A DNA stretch of 56,047 bases from an uncultured Lachnospiraceae bacterium (GTDB taxonomy: Bacteria > Bacillota > Clostridia > Lachnospirales > Lachnospiraceae). Shown here one piece after another: positions 1 to 9,639 of the stretch. The stretch lies in NCBI GenBank assembly GCA_905234525.1, contig CAJOIL010000004.1, forward strand, positions 1-56,047, given 5' to 3'. Position 1 is the first letter of the stretch. The number at the start of each line of letters is the position of its first letter. The notes under the pieces are model-generated. The model made no database searches, was not told the origin of the DNA, and saw only the letters and a list, made by a program, of their open reading frames with translations. Both the position numbers and the translations under genes were made by a program.

Positions 1-2
1 TG

Positions 3-1004
3 CCGTATGCTTCTGAGTATCTCAAAATTATTGCAATCGGATTGCCGGCTCTCATTATGCAGGCCGGAGGCGGACATCTCGTAAGAGCTGACGGAAGCCC
101 ACGTATGACGATGATAATCAATCTTACGGGCGCTGTAATTAACATAATACTCGATGCAATATTTGTAGCAGGAATGAATATGGGCATGACAGGTGCCGCC
201 ATTGCAACAATAATCAGTCAATACATCGCAACTATTATTGTAATCATATACCTGTTTCATTTCAAATCAGCCAAATTAACTGCAGATACCTTTATACCCA
301 GAGGCTTTGCCGTTAAGGAAAGCGCCTCTCTAGGCGTCTCATCATTCTTCAACCAATTAGCAATGATGATTACTCAGATAATATTTAATAACAGTTTGAA
401 TTATTACGGCGCACAAAGTATTTACGGTGACTCTATCCCTATTGCCGTATCGGGAATTGTTATCAAGGTAGCACAGCTTCTGTTCGGTATTATTATAGGA
501 ATCGCGCAGGGCTTGCAGCCGATAGCAAGCTTTAATTACGGTGCAAAGCAATATGACAGAGTTAAAAGGGGATACACCATTGCCATCAAATCGGGAATGG
601 TGGTATCGTTAATCAGCTTTATCATTTTCCAAGTATTTCCTTCACAAATTATAGGCTTATTCGGAAAAGGCTCAGAATTATATGAACAATTCGGCGTATT
701 ATTCTTCCGTATAACAATGTTTTTCGTATTCTTAATGTTTATGCAGCCGATATCAGCCAATTTCTTCAGTGCAATAGGCAAGCCCTTAAAGAGTATATTC
801 TTAAGTCTTACGAGACAATTTATATTCTTAATCCCGCTGGTTATAGCTTTACCTATGATATTCGGCTTCGACGGACTGCTTTATGCACAGCCGATTGCAG
901 ACCTCCTTGCTGTTATCACATGTACCGTTCTGATAGTAAAAGAATTCAAAAAGCCTGAATATAAAGACACGGAATCATTCTTTATATCCAGGCGAAATAA
1001 ATAA
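3..1004 (+). CDS. MATE family efflux transporter, C-terminal ~330 aa; the 5' end lies outside the window
   Basis: The frame is open from nt 3 (PYASEYLKIIAIGLPALIMQ precedes the first Met at 42). The protein is highly hydrophobic and multi-helical, with MatE-like patterns (GMTGAAIATIISQ, QPISANFFSAIGKP). Confidence 0.8.
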   Translation, partial: PYASEYLKIIAIGLPALIMQAGGGHLVRADGSPRMTMIINLTGAVINIILDAIFVAGMNMGMTGAAIATIISQYIATIIVIIYLFHFKSAKLTADTFIPRGFAVKESASLGVSSFFNQLAMMITQIIFNNSLNYYGAQSIYGDSIPIAVSGIVIKVAQLLFGIIIGIAQGLQPIASFNYGAKQYDRVKRGYTIAIKSGMVVSLISFIIFQVFPSQIIGLFGKGSELYEQFGVLFFRITMFFVFLMFMQPISANFFSAIGKPLKSIFLSLTRQFIFLIPLVIALPMIFGFDGLLYAQPIADLLAVITCTVLIVKEFKKPEYKDTESFFISRRNK

Positions 1005-1021
1005 TATAATCACGAATTAAT

Positions 1022-3055
1022 TTATATAATCTTTTCATACAAGGCAGCTTGGTGCGCTCTTAAGGACACATGCATATTGCCATCCACAACCGGCACACGA
1101 ACAGGCATGATGGAATAACCCGCATTGGTTGTAAGCATCGCCATTGTCATCTCGCCATTCTTCGGCACCTCTGCCTTCCATACGGGGATATCAACCTCTA
1201 TATCATGATCGCTACCGTTAACTACAATTACACATTTATCATCCTTGGTAAAACGACCGTATGATATATAGTCTCTGTCACAACGAAGGAAAATAAACGC
1301 TCCCTTCCTAAGTGCCTGAGATACCTTGCGCACACTTATCATGTCTCGATGATAATCTATCAGGTCATAATCTGCTTCTCCCCAAGGATACGTACGTCTA
1401 TTATCGGGATCGGTAAAGCCGCACACTCCCGCTTCATCGCCGTAATACAATGTAGGTGCTCCGGGCCATGTCATTTGAATGAGAACAGCCGCCTTAAGCA
1501 CACCCTTATCAACGCCCTCTGATGCTGCCGCACTTCCAAGGTCCGAGAGTCTACCCACCTTATGATTCGTACGAGTTAAGAATCTTGAGTGATCATGATT
1601 AGACAGCTGGTTCATTGCAGAATAAAGCGATGGCGTCAAGAACTTAGACATAAAATGTCTCATTGTTGCCTCGAATCTTGCTCCGTCACCGATTGCACCC
1701 CCATCAAAGGAATCGGAATGCTTCTCCATACCTGTCAAGAAATACGATACCGGCTCCATAAAGGCATCATAATTCATAACCGTATCCCACTGGTCACCGG
1801 ACAGCCAAGACGATGCATCTCCATAGTGCTCCGCAAGAATTACAGCATGCGGATTGGCTTTCTTAACCTCATCTCTGAATCTTCGCCAGAAATTATGATT
1901 AAATTCCTCGCTATGACCTAAATCCGCTGCCACATCAAGCCTCCATCCATCGCAATAATACGGCGCAGACACCCATTTTCTGCCAATCGACATTATATAA
2001 TCCTGCAGCTTCTCGGAATTCTCATAATTAAGCTTAGGCAAGGTATCATTGCCCCACCAGCCATCATATGCGTTATTATACGGCCATTTACCGTCAGAAT
2101 TAAAGCTGAAGTAGTCCTTATATGGGCTGTACTCACTGATATAGGCACCCTTCTCATATCCGAATTGCCCCTCATAGATGCGCTCTCTGTCCATCCACTT
2201 ATTAAAAGAGCCGCAGTGGTTAAATACACCGTCTAAGATAACTCTGATGCCCTTCTCGTGCGCCTCACTAACGAACTTAGCGAAGAATTCGTTAGACGCC
2301 TCAAGATTAGCCCTATTGGTTGTACGGGAAATGTATTTCGTAGCCTTCTTATTATCCGTTTCGCCCTCTTTAAGCACCTCGCCCTCATCAACGACAATCT
2401 TAGCGTAATGCGGGTCGATATAATCATAATCCTGCGTGTCATATTTGTGATTAGATGGCGATAAGAATATAGGATTAAAGTATATAACATCTACTCCTAT
2501 GCTTCTTAGATAGTATAGCTTCTGTCGTACACCTTCTATATCTCCGCCATAGAATCTGCCTACATCAAAGGTATTCGGCAGCTCATTCCAATCAGATGCC
2601 TTCTTAACCGGCATAGATATATAAAAGTATTCATCCGACTTTACATCATTGGATTCATCACCATTATTGAAGCGATCCACGAGTATCTGATACATTACGG
2701 CACCCTTGGTCCATTCCGGCGTCTCGAATCCGGGAACTATTGTAAATGCGTATTCCCAACGAGGGTTATCACACAAGCCGTATCTGTCATAATAAGCCAA
2801 GTCTTCGCCTTGCTCTATCTGGTAAATGTATTTAAAGGGCTCAGCACCCACTTGTATCATTACCTTATAATAATCGAATACATCTCCTGCTTCCTCTAAA
2901 TCCATAGGAAGCTTGTAGTTGGGCGTGCACAGCACCACTTGCGCCGATTTGCCGTGAGCTACCCTTACGCGAAGCTTCACTCTGTCATTCACTTTAGGCT
3001 CCCACGGATTGCGATACTCAATTGTTCCGTCAGCAAAGATTGCTTCTTTGTTCAT
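1022..3055 (-). CDS. Glycoside hydrolase family 13 (alpha-amylase superfamily; neopullulanase/alpha-glycosidase-like with an N-terminal Ig-like domain)
   Basis: All four GH13 conserved regions are present: VIYFNPIF, GIRVILDGVFNHCG, GWRLDVAADL, ILAEHYGD and NQLSNHDHSRF. Confidence 0.85.
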   Translation of the reverse strand: MNKEAIFADGTIEYRNPWEPKVNDRVKLRVRVAHGKSAQVVLCTPNYKLPMDLEEAGDVFDYYKVMIQVGAEPFKYIYQIEQGEDLAYYDRYGLCDNPRWEYAFTIVPGFETPEWTKGAVMYQILVDRFNNGDESNDVKSDEYFYISMPVKKASDWNELPNTFDVGRFYGGDIEGVRQKLYYLRSIGVDVIYFNPIFLSPSNHKYDTQDYDYIDPHYAKIVVDEGEVLKEGETDNKKATKYISRTTNRANLEASNEFFAKFVSEAHEKGIRVILDGVFNHCGSFNKWMDRERIYEGQFGYEKGAYISEYSPYKDYFSFNSDGKWPYNNAYDGWWGNDTLPKLNYENSEKLQDYIMSIGRKWVSAPYYCDGWRLDVAADLGHSEEFNHNFWRRFRDEVKKANPHAVILAEHYGDASSWLSGDQWDTVMNYDAFMEPVSYFLTGMEKHSDSFDGGAIGDGARFEATMRHFMSKFLTPSLYSAMNQLSNHDHSRFLTRTNHKVGRLSDLGSAAASEGVDKGVLKAAVLIQMTWPGAPTLYYGDEAGVCGFTDPDNRRTYPWGEADYDLIDYHRDMISVRKVSQALRKGAFIFLRCDRDYISYGRFTKDDKCVIVVNGSDHDIEVDIPVWKAEVPKNGEMTMAMLTTNAGYSIMPVRVPVVDGNMHVSLRAHQAALYEKII

Positions 3056-3084
3056 GATTCGGTTCCTTTCTATATGTACAAAGT

Positions 3085-3112
3085 AAAAAAGACAGCTTTC
3101 GCTGTCCTTTTT
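3085..3112 (-). terminator. Rho-independent terminator candidate downstream of ftsH; symmetric, with A-run/T-run on both sides
   Basis: The sequence is aaaaaa-GACAGC-tttc-GCTGTC-cttttt. On the minus strand the stem is followed by TTTTTT. Confidence 0.55.
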
Positions 3113-3295
3113 AGGAGAAGGTATTTTTACTATGGGGTTAGTAAAAATAAATATAATGTATTGGGGGTTTTACGAGTATTATTATATCCACGAGGCATAC
3201 ATAAGTGTTCACAAATATAACAAAAGCACTCGCCACTTTTTGTGCATCTTTTACAAAAAGCCCTCCATATTCACTTCTCCGAAAGGTACAGCATA

Positions 3296-5131
3296 TTAAT
3301 TTTCAAATAATTCTTCGAATTCTTCTCTTGTAACCTTCTCTTGCTCAATAAGCAATTTAGCGCAGGAATGAAGAATATCTTCATGCTCCTTAAGTATCTT
3401 CTCTGCCCTCTTATAACAAGAATCTACTATTCCGCGCACTTCTTCATCAATAATGGCTGCCGTAGCCTCTGAATAACCCTTTTGATGCGCTAAGTCTCTA
3501 CCGATAAATACTTCATCACCGTCATCATCTAAGTTAATCATGCCCACCTTATCGGACATACCATACTTCACAACCATCGATCTCGCCATGCTTGTAGCTT
3601 GCTTAATATCCTGAGAAGCTCCGGTTGTAATATCGTCAAATATAATCGACTCCGCAATTCTTCCTCCAAGAGATGCCGTAATCTGCTGCAAAAGTCTGCC
3701 CTTCGTCATATGCATCCTATCCTTCTCAGGCAGCGGCATTGTATAGCCTGCCGCACCAAGACCGGTAGGAATAACGGATATCGTATATACCGGGCCGACA
3801 TCAGGCAGTACATGAAACAAAATAGCATGACCTGCCTCATGATAAGCAGTAATCTTCTTATCCTCATCAGATATAATCTTACTTCTCTTCTCTGTTCCTA
3901 TGCCAACCTTAACAAACGATCTTCTGATATCTTCCTGTGTAATAAATTGTCTATCATCCTTAGCGGATCTGATTGCCGCCTCATTGATAAGGTTCTCAAG
4001 GTCCGCACCCGTAAAGCCTGCCGTTGTCTGTGCAATCTGCTTAAGGTCTACATCATCTCCGAGCGGCTTATTCTTACAATGTACGTTAAGTATCTCTTCT
4101 CTACCCTTAACATCGGGTACTCCGACTACAACCTTCCTATCAAAACGTCCGGGACGAAGAATAGCCGGGTCTAATATATCTACTCTGTTGGTGGCCGCCA
4201 TAACAATAATACCTTGATTAACAGCGAAGCCATCCATCTCAACCAACATCTGATTAAGAGTCTGCTCTCTCTCATCATGTCCACCGCCCATACCGGTACC
4301 GCGTCGTCTTGCTACAGCATCTATCTCATCAATAAATACTATACACGGAGAATGCTTCTTAGCATCCTCAAATAAGTCTCTTACACGAGAAGCTCCTACA
4401 CCGACAAACATTTCCACGAAATCAGAGCCTGAAATCGAGAAAAACGGTACATGTGCTTCACCCGCAATTGCCTTAGCAAGCAAAGTCTTACCTGTGCCGG
4501 GCGGTCCCTCCAGTAAAATTCCCTTCGGAATTCTCGCGCCGAGAGCCGTATACTTGGCAGGATTCTTAAGGAAGTCAACTACCTCTGCAAGCTCTTCCTT
4601 CTCTTCCACCAAGCCTGCGACCTCATCAAATCCCACTTCAATATCCTCTTGATTGGTCATTCTGGCCTTACTCTTGCCAAAATTCATCATCTTGGCATTG
4701 CCACCGCCGGCTCCGCCTGCCTGACCTCTAAAGAGAATAAACAAAAGAACAAATATCGCAACTATGCCAAGAATCGGAACAATCATGCTAACCCATTCAT
4801 CTCTCGGCACATCGGACACCTTATAGCCCTTGAAATTATGTGCATCAAGTTCCTTCTGGAATTCATTGACATCTGATATGAATAATGTCTGACCCTTATC
4901 AGAATTATCCTTAAAATTAATAGTGGCACTACCTGTCGGCACTGCACTATTCTGCTTAATCATAATTGATGACACCGTATTCTCGTCTATAGCACTAAAA
5001 AGCTGCTCCTTAGTGTAGCTTATAGGTGTCTGTCTTGACAAAAAGTACCATCCGACTATTATAAGCAAAATTATTAATATGTAGAGACCAAAGCCTCCGA
5101 AAAAACCTCTTCGTCCGTTATTATCGTTCAT
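3296..5131 (-). CDS. ftsH: ATP-dependent zinc metalloprotease FtsH
   Basis: N-terminal TM helices, AAA+ Walker [19 protein letters not shown], Walker B VFIDEIDA, and the zinc motif HEAGHA. Confidence 0.97.
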   Translation of the reverse strand: MNDNNGRRGFFGGFGLYILIILLIIVGWYFLSRQTPISYTKEQLFSAIDENTVSSIMIKQNSAVPTGSATINFKDNSDKGQTLFISDVNEFQKELDAHNFKGYKVSDVPRDEWVSMIVPILGIVAIFVLLFILFRGQAGGAGGGNAKMMNFGKSKARMTNQEDIEVGFDEVAGLVEEKEELAEVVDFLKNPAKYTALGARIPKGILLEGPPGTGKTLLAKAIAGEAHVPFFSISGSDFVEMFVGVGASRVRDLFEDAKKHSPCIVFIDEIDAVARRRGTGMGGGHDEREQTLNQMLVEMDGFAVNQGIIVMAATNRVDILDPAILRPGRFDRKVVVGVPDVKGREEILNVHCKNKPLGDDVDLKQIAQTTAGFTGADLENLINEAAIRSAKDDRQFITQEDIRRSFVKVGIGTEKRSKIISDEDKKITAYHEAGHAILFHVLPDVGPVYTISVIPTGLGAAGYTMPLPEKDRMHMTKGRLLQQITASLGGRIAESIIFDDITTGASQDIKQATSMARSMVVKYGMSDKVGMINLDDDGDEVFIGRDLAHQKGYSEATAAIIDEEVRGIVDSCYKRAEKILKEHEDILHSCAKLLIEQEKVTREEFEELFEN

Positions 5132-5195
5132 GTCTAACCCTTTCTGCTAGTACACCATCTTCGCAATAATGTACAGTTAATTGGTGCATGGTGTA

Positions 5196-5723
5196 CTAGT
5201 CTAACTCTACCACACCGACATATGGTAGGTTCCTGTATTTCTGATCGTAATCGAGGCCATAGCCTACGATAAATTTATCCGGCACGGTAAAACCGACATA
5301 ATCAACATCCACTTCCATCTCACGTCTATCCGGCTTATCTAAAAGACTGCACAGCTTAACACTCTTAGCATGTCTTTGATTAAATAAGTTCTTAAGCTTG
5401 CCAAGCGTATAGCCCGTATCAATAATATCCTCCACTATGATAACATTGCGCCCCTTAGTGCTTAAATCGATATCCCTAATCATCTTAATATCACCGGAAG
5501 ACACGGTAGATGAGCCATAGCTGGACACCTGAATAAAGTCAAGTGTTACCGGAACGGTTATCCTCTTAGCAAGCTCTGTTGCGAAAAATACCGCGCCTCT
5601 TAATACGCATACAATAAAAACGCTCTCACCGGCAAATTCTTCGCTAATCGCCTTACCGATCTCGGCTATCCTGGCATTAACCTCTTCTTCACTAATCATT
5701 TCAACAACTCGTTCACTCATCAT
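5196..5723 (-). CDS. hpt: Hypoxanthine phosphoribosyltransferase
   Basis: PRPP-binding motif VIIVEDIIDTGYTL, size 175 aa, and the conserved tilS-hpt-ftsH synteny of Firmicutes. Confidence 0.93.
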   Translation of the reverse strand: MMSERVVEMISEEEVNARIAEIGKAISEEFAGESVFIVCVLRGAVFFATELAKRITVPVTLDFIQVSSYGSSTVSSGDIKMIRDIDLSTKGRNVIIVEDIIDTGYTLGKLKNLFNQRHAKSVKLCSLLDKPDRREMEVDVDYVGFTVPDKFIVGYGLDYDQKYRNLPYVGVVELD

Positions 5724-7083
5724 ATTCTCCCTGCGTATCGGATATCACTTCAATTACAAGCACTCGCTTGGTGTCTTCACCTATCTTATAGTATTCACTT
5801 ATTCTATGACCCACAACATATATTACATGGTTGCCGTCACAAAAAAGCGGCATACTGTCTCTGTCTAAGACAGGAATCTTCTCATCTATCATATATCTGC
5901 TGAGGGACTTCTTATTACCGGTGGCGTTAACGATTAAATAATCACCGCCCTGCCTATTCCTTACAGATAGTCCGTTTGTAATTTTATCATAATCTATCAT
6001 TTTAGTATAGGTTTTTGATGGGATTTCCTGCTCAGGCTCATATTGGCGAACCGACAAGCGAACAAAAAAGCCGGCAACATCCATCTCAAAGCCATCGCCT
6101 ATATCATTAATAATAACAGGCTCAAGCCCTTCCTTCTTATCTCTGACTATTCTAACCGAGTCGTACTCGGCAATCGCCATCATGCCGTAGGGAAGATTTA
6201 CCCTGCGACCTGCATCGCCCTTAAGCAAATCACATACATCCTCTATATGATGAGACTGAATATCCTTCGCGGTATTTGCATTTTCATTAAGAAATCTATG
6301 GATTACAGTTTGAACAATTATCAATTCCTCATTTAACAACTCTTTGAGCACTCGATTTCCTGTAACATATTTATCATATATCTTATCAGCTTGCTTATTA
6401 ATGTACTCTACTGCCATATCCTGCAGATTAGACAGCTTGGATAAATGTGCTACAGCGCCGGGGTTAACATCTGTAAGCCTCGGTATAATATTGTGACGGA
6501 TGTTATTACGTGTATAGTCCGTATCCTTGTTGGTAGAATCTGTACGAAAGGCCTGCTCTCTCTCAGACAGATATCTGTTAATATCCTGTCTTGAGCACTC
6601 AATAAGCGGTCTTATATATGAACCTCGCACCTTCTTAATCCCTCTGATGCCTTCTATTCCGGTACCGCGAACCATATTATAGACAATGGTCTCTGCATTA
6701 TCATCCATATTATGAGCAATTGCAATTTTGCCATCGGCAGTATGCTTATCAAAGCATTCATATCTAAGTAATCTGGCTGCTTCCTCCGTCGAAAGCTTAT
6801 GTTCCTTTGAATAGCTTGGTACATCAATATGATAAATGTGACATCTGACATCTAATTTCTTGCACAAGTCCTTAACAAATTTTGCATCTTCTATGCTTTC
6901 AGCACCGCGAATGCCATGCTCTACATGAATTACCTCCAGACAAAAACGCATTTCATCTGATAGCTCTTTAAGCACTAAAAGAAGGCATACAGAATCTGCG
7001 CCTCCCGAAACTGCGGCGAATACCTTATCACCGCTTACTATCATGTTATATTTATTAATTGTTGCTCTTACCTTTAAAATCAT
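5713..7083 (-). CDS. tilS: tRNA(Ile)-lysidine synthase
   Basis: PP-loop SGGADSVCLL near the N-terminus. The gene overlaps the hpt start by 11 nt, in classic synteny. Confidence 0.92.
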   Translation of the reverse strand: MILKVRATINKYNMIVSGDKVFAAVSGGADSVCLLLVLKELSDEMRFCLEVIHVEHGIRGAESIEDAKFVKDLCKKLDVRCHIYHIDVPSYSKEHKLSTEEAARLLRYECFDKHTADGKIAIAHNMDDNAETIVYNMVRGTGIEGIRGIKKVRGSYIRPLIECSRQDINRYLSEREQAFRTDSTNKDTDYTRNNIRHNIIPRLTDVNPGAVAHLSKLSNLQDMAVEYINKQADKIYDKYVTGNRVLKELLNEELIIVQTVIHRFLNENANTAKDIQSHHIEDVCDLLKGDAGRRVNLPYGMMAIAEYDSVRIVRDKKEGLEPVIINDIGDGFEMDVAGFFVRLSVRQYEPEQEIPSKTYTKMIDYDKITNGLSVRNRQGGDYLIVNATGNKKSLSRYMIDEKIPVLDRDSMPLFCDGNHVIYVVGHRISEYYKIGEDTKRVLVIEVISDTQGEYDE

Positions 7084-7155
7084 AAATGTATTATATCAAA
7101 ACATAAAAAATGCACAAAAAAAGCGCACAAAACACTATTAGCTTACGTACGCTTA

Positions 7156-7458
7156 TTATTTCTCACGGTAAATTATCTCATCCTCTTTAACAAGACCAAG
7201 CTTGTTCTTTGCCGTGTTCTCAACATATTCAGCTGTATGTGTGTAATTCTCTTTGTCGCTTAGCTCTTGCGAAATCTGTTGTTGCTCAATTAATTCGCTT
7301 TGCTTCTTCGCTTCAACTTCCTTAAGGTCTAAGTCCTTCTTGACAAGCATAATCATAGCTATGGACATTACGACCACAAGGAATACAACAATAATCACAA
7401 AAGAAATACGACCATTAAAGAAACGCCTCTTCTTCGCTCTTACCACAGTCTTACTCAT
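7156..7458 (-). CDS. Septum formation initiator family protein (DivIC/FtsB-like)
   Basis: 100 aa with a basic N-terminus, a single TM helix (ISFVIIVVFLVVVMSIAMIML) and a coiled-coil rich in E/Q/K. Its position between the S4 gene and tilS matches divIC in Firmicutes. Confidence 0.75.
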   Translation of the reverse strand: MSKTVVRAKKRRFFNGRISFVIIVVFLVVVMSIAMIMLVKKDLDLKEVEAKKQSELIEQQQISQELSDKENYTHTAEYVENTAKNKLGLVKEDEIIYREK

Positions 7459-7699
7459 GATTGTTCCTCTGATAGTTCATATTCAAAGCTCTAACGAGAC
7501 TCGCGCACTATAATTTCACTTCGTGAAAAGCGCTCGTCGTGCAGACATTCGCTTCGCGATTATCTGCAAGCCACTAAATATTGTGTATCCACACCATAAC
7601 AGCTACTACTTTGCGGCAACATATAATAACTGTCATCTTATATATCGGTGGTTTTTTTGAATACTTTAGCGTTATTTTAAAAATTTTTTAAAAAAATTT

Positions 7700-7942
7700 T
7701 TAATCAACATACTCAAATAGGTCTTTAGCCTCTTCCTTCTTGGTGGTGTCCTGTATATCGAGCACACGAACCTTGACTGTTTTGTTGCCAAAGGCTATTT
7801 CAATAATATCACCTACTTTAACCTTTGTAGATGACTTAGCAACCTTATCATTAACGCTGACACGGCCTGCATCACAGGCTTCCTGCGCAATTGTTCTCCT
7901 CTTAATAAGTCTGGAAACCTTAAGATATTTATCCAATCTCAT
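7700..7942 (-). CDS. S4-domain RNA-binding protein (YabO/Hsp15-like)
   Basis: MRLDKYLKVSRLIKRRTIAQEA is a typical S4 motif. The start was moved to the second ATG (7942), which has GAGGT 8 nt upstream. The first ATG (7954) directly abuts the hup terminator T-run and has no RBS. Confidence 0.85.
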   Translation of the reverse strand: MRLDKYLKVSRLIKRRTIAQEACDAGRVSVNDKVAKSSTKVKVGDIIEIAFGNKTVKVRVLDIQDTTKKEEAKDLFEYVD

Positions 7943-7954
7943 ATTCAACCTCAT

Positions 7955-7981
7955 AAAAAACCCAAGGCAAAACGCCTTGGG
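7955..7981 (-). terminator. Rho-independent terminator of hup
   Basis: On the minus strand the sequence reads CCCAAGGC-guuuu-GCCUUGGG followed by TTTTTT. Confidence 0.8.
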
Positions 7982-8007
7982 TCAAATCATAACACTCAAA
8001 ATTAATA

Positions 8008-8280
8008 CTAGTTCACAGCGTCCTTGAGAGCCTTACCAGCCTTAAACTTAGGTGCCTTAGAAGCCTTAATCTTCATCTCTTCACCTGTACGAGGGTTTCT
8101 TCCTGTACGAGCAGATCTCTTAGATACTTCGAATGTACCAAAGCCTACTAACTGAATCTTCTCACCCTTCTTAAGCTCCTCTGTAACAACCTCTGTGAAA
8201 GCCTTAAGAGATGCCTCAGCATCCTTCTTAGAAACACCGGCCTTGTCAGCCATAGCTGCAACTAATTCTGTCTTGTTCAT
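8008..8280 (-). CDS. hup: DNA-binding protein HU
   Basis: 90 aa, MNKTELV...GFGTFEVSKRSARTGRNPRTGEEMKI, the canonical HU/IHF arm sequence. Confidence 0.97.
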   Translation of the reverse strand: MNKTELVAAMADKAGVSKKDAEASLKAFTEVVTEELKKGEKIQLVGFGTFEVSKRSARTGRNPRTGEEMKIKASKAPKFKAGKALKDAVN

Positions 8281-8349
8281 GATTTCTTCCTCCTCAGAAA
8301 TTTAATATTCATAATCATTAGGTTCATGCCTAAATAATTTACAAGTTAA

Positions 8350-8378
8350 TTTATAAAGCTTTTATACGCCTTTGTCAA
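8350..8378 (-). promoter_or_regulatory. Sigma-A type promoter candidate for hup
   Basis: Minus strand: TTGACA (8378-8373), a 17-nt spacer, then TATAAA (8355-8350), about 70 nt upstream of the hup ATG. Confidence 0.5.
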
Positions 8379-8480
8379 GTAAATTCGCTATTTTTATGGC
8401 GATTTTTTGCTGTTTAATATAATGTAACAAAATTACAAAGCAAACTTTGTGGGATAATGCCATACTTATCCTGCAAATTC

Positions 8481-9638
8481 TTAATCATTGCCTGCAAGCG
8501 TGCTTATCATATTAGATATTGTGCTTAAATAGTCCACCTCTGCCGTCGAATTGGTTGTATTGGTAGAATTCGTCTTGTTTTGCGAAGTATTGGCAGTGCT
8601 TGTACTATTCGAATTCGAGGTATTTGACATATCTATCTCAATTTTGGCGCTTGGAGAATTAACATACAGCGTCCTGTTCCAATCACTGTAGCCCGCTGCC
8701 TTTACGGTTACCGTATGGCGTCCGTATCCGACATCCAGCTCCTGATTAACATTTACCTGATTACCATCAAGATATACTGTGACATCAGGCTGAGAAGATA
8801 CGAATGTAAGCTTACATGACTTAGGTCCCGCCTTCTGCACACCGGATAAATCAATTACCGTAATCTCGCCTCGTTTAACGTCCGCCTTGACAGTTCCGCC
8901 GACGCCATCATTCGCAACGGTCACATCATAGCTTCCTTCAGGCACTTCCGTAAGTAAATCCTTAGTCACCTTAGTAAATATCTTGCTTCCGATTTGTACC
9001 ATACTGCCTTCAAAGCCATCTGTATTAACAAATTGTATATAGCCGTGACCCGTTGTAACGGCAATCGACAAAATAGTCTTGTCTTTTCCGACAACTGTTA
9101 ATGTATCCGAATCACCGATACTCAATATGGAAATTGTCTCATTGCCTGCGTATACGCACACATTTTCCGAAAGCTGATACGTTCCGCTACCTATATTCAT
9201 CTTTTTCTTGTCATAATCAATGGAATAATTTGTAACACCCTTTTGTGTCCACGTCTTATCGGACATTTGAATTTTACTGAGTGAGTTAGACTTAAGCTTA
9301 TCACCTAGCACCACCGCCGTACCCGGTGTAAAATTAAGCGCACTGGACTCATCACCGTATTTGTCCAAGAACCTCGTTGCCAAGCTGTATTTGTAGCGAA
9401 GCACACGCGTCGATACAGTATCATATACCGTCACAGTCTCTTCAATCATATTAAGCTCTTGAATAATACAAATATTACCTGTAGTTTCTGATTCTTCGGA
9501 TGAAGAATTGCTTGTCGGAAGCGGATTGGACTTGCCGAAATGCGGCTGCTTGCTGTCACATCCGCTCAAGCATAACATAACCACTGCAAATATAAGACAA
9601 ACATATGCATATTTATTAAACTTTGATTTGATATTCAT
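8481..9638 (-). CDS. PEGA-domain lipoprotein with a Ser/Thr/Asn-rich C-terminal tail
   Basis: Signal peptide with lipobox LSGC. PEGA-like beta-sandwich patterns are present (EVPEGSYDVTVAND; VYLDGNQV...GYGRHTVTVKAAGYSDW). Confidence 0.65.
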   Translation of the reverse strand: MNIKSKFNKYAYVCLIFAVVMLCLSGCDSKQPHFGKSNPLPTSNSSSEESETTGNICIIQELNMIEETVTVYDTVSTRVLRYKYSLATRFLDKYGDESSALNFTPGTAVVLGDKLKSNSLSKIQMSDKTWTQKGVTNYSIDYDKKKMNIGSGTYQLSENVCVYAGNETISILSIGDSDTLTVVGKDKTILSIAVTTGHGYIQFVNTDGFEGSMVQIGSKIFTKVTKDLLTEVPEGSYDVTVANDGVGGTVKADVKRGEITVIDLSGVQKAGPKSCKLTFVSSQPDVTVYLDGNQVNVNQELDVGYGRHTVTVKAAGYSDWNRTLYVNSPSAKIEIDMSNTSNSNSTSTANTSQNKTNSTNTTNSTAEVDYLSTISNMISTLAGND

Positions 9639-9639
9639 G

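Noticed and set aside
3139-3306. 55-aa plus-strand ORF (MGLVKINIMYWGFYEYYYIHEAY...) in the ftsH-GH13 intergenic region.
   Set aside because: The AGGAGA is 13 nt from the ATG, the composition is Tyr/Ile-rich and AT-driven, and the ORF runs into the ftsH 3' end. It is most likely non-coding.
3599-4217. ORFs of 191 aa and 105 aa on the plus strand, antisense to ftsH.
   Set aside because: They lie entirely inside a strongly supported gene on the other strand, have Ser/Leu/Arg/Cys-rich composition and no RBS. They are shadow ORFs. The same reasoning applies to 21716-22153, 23044-23505, 9668-10021, 29780-30145, 41197-41676, 42259-42843, 34688-35089 and the other short antisense ORFs in the track.
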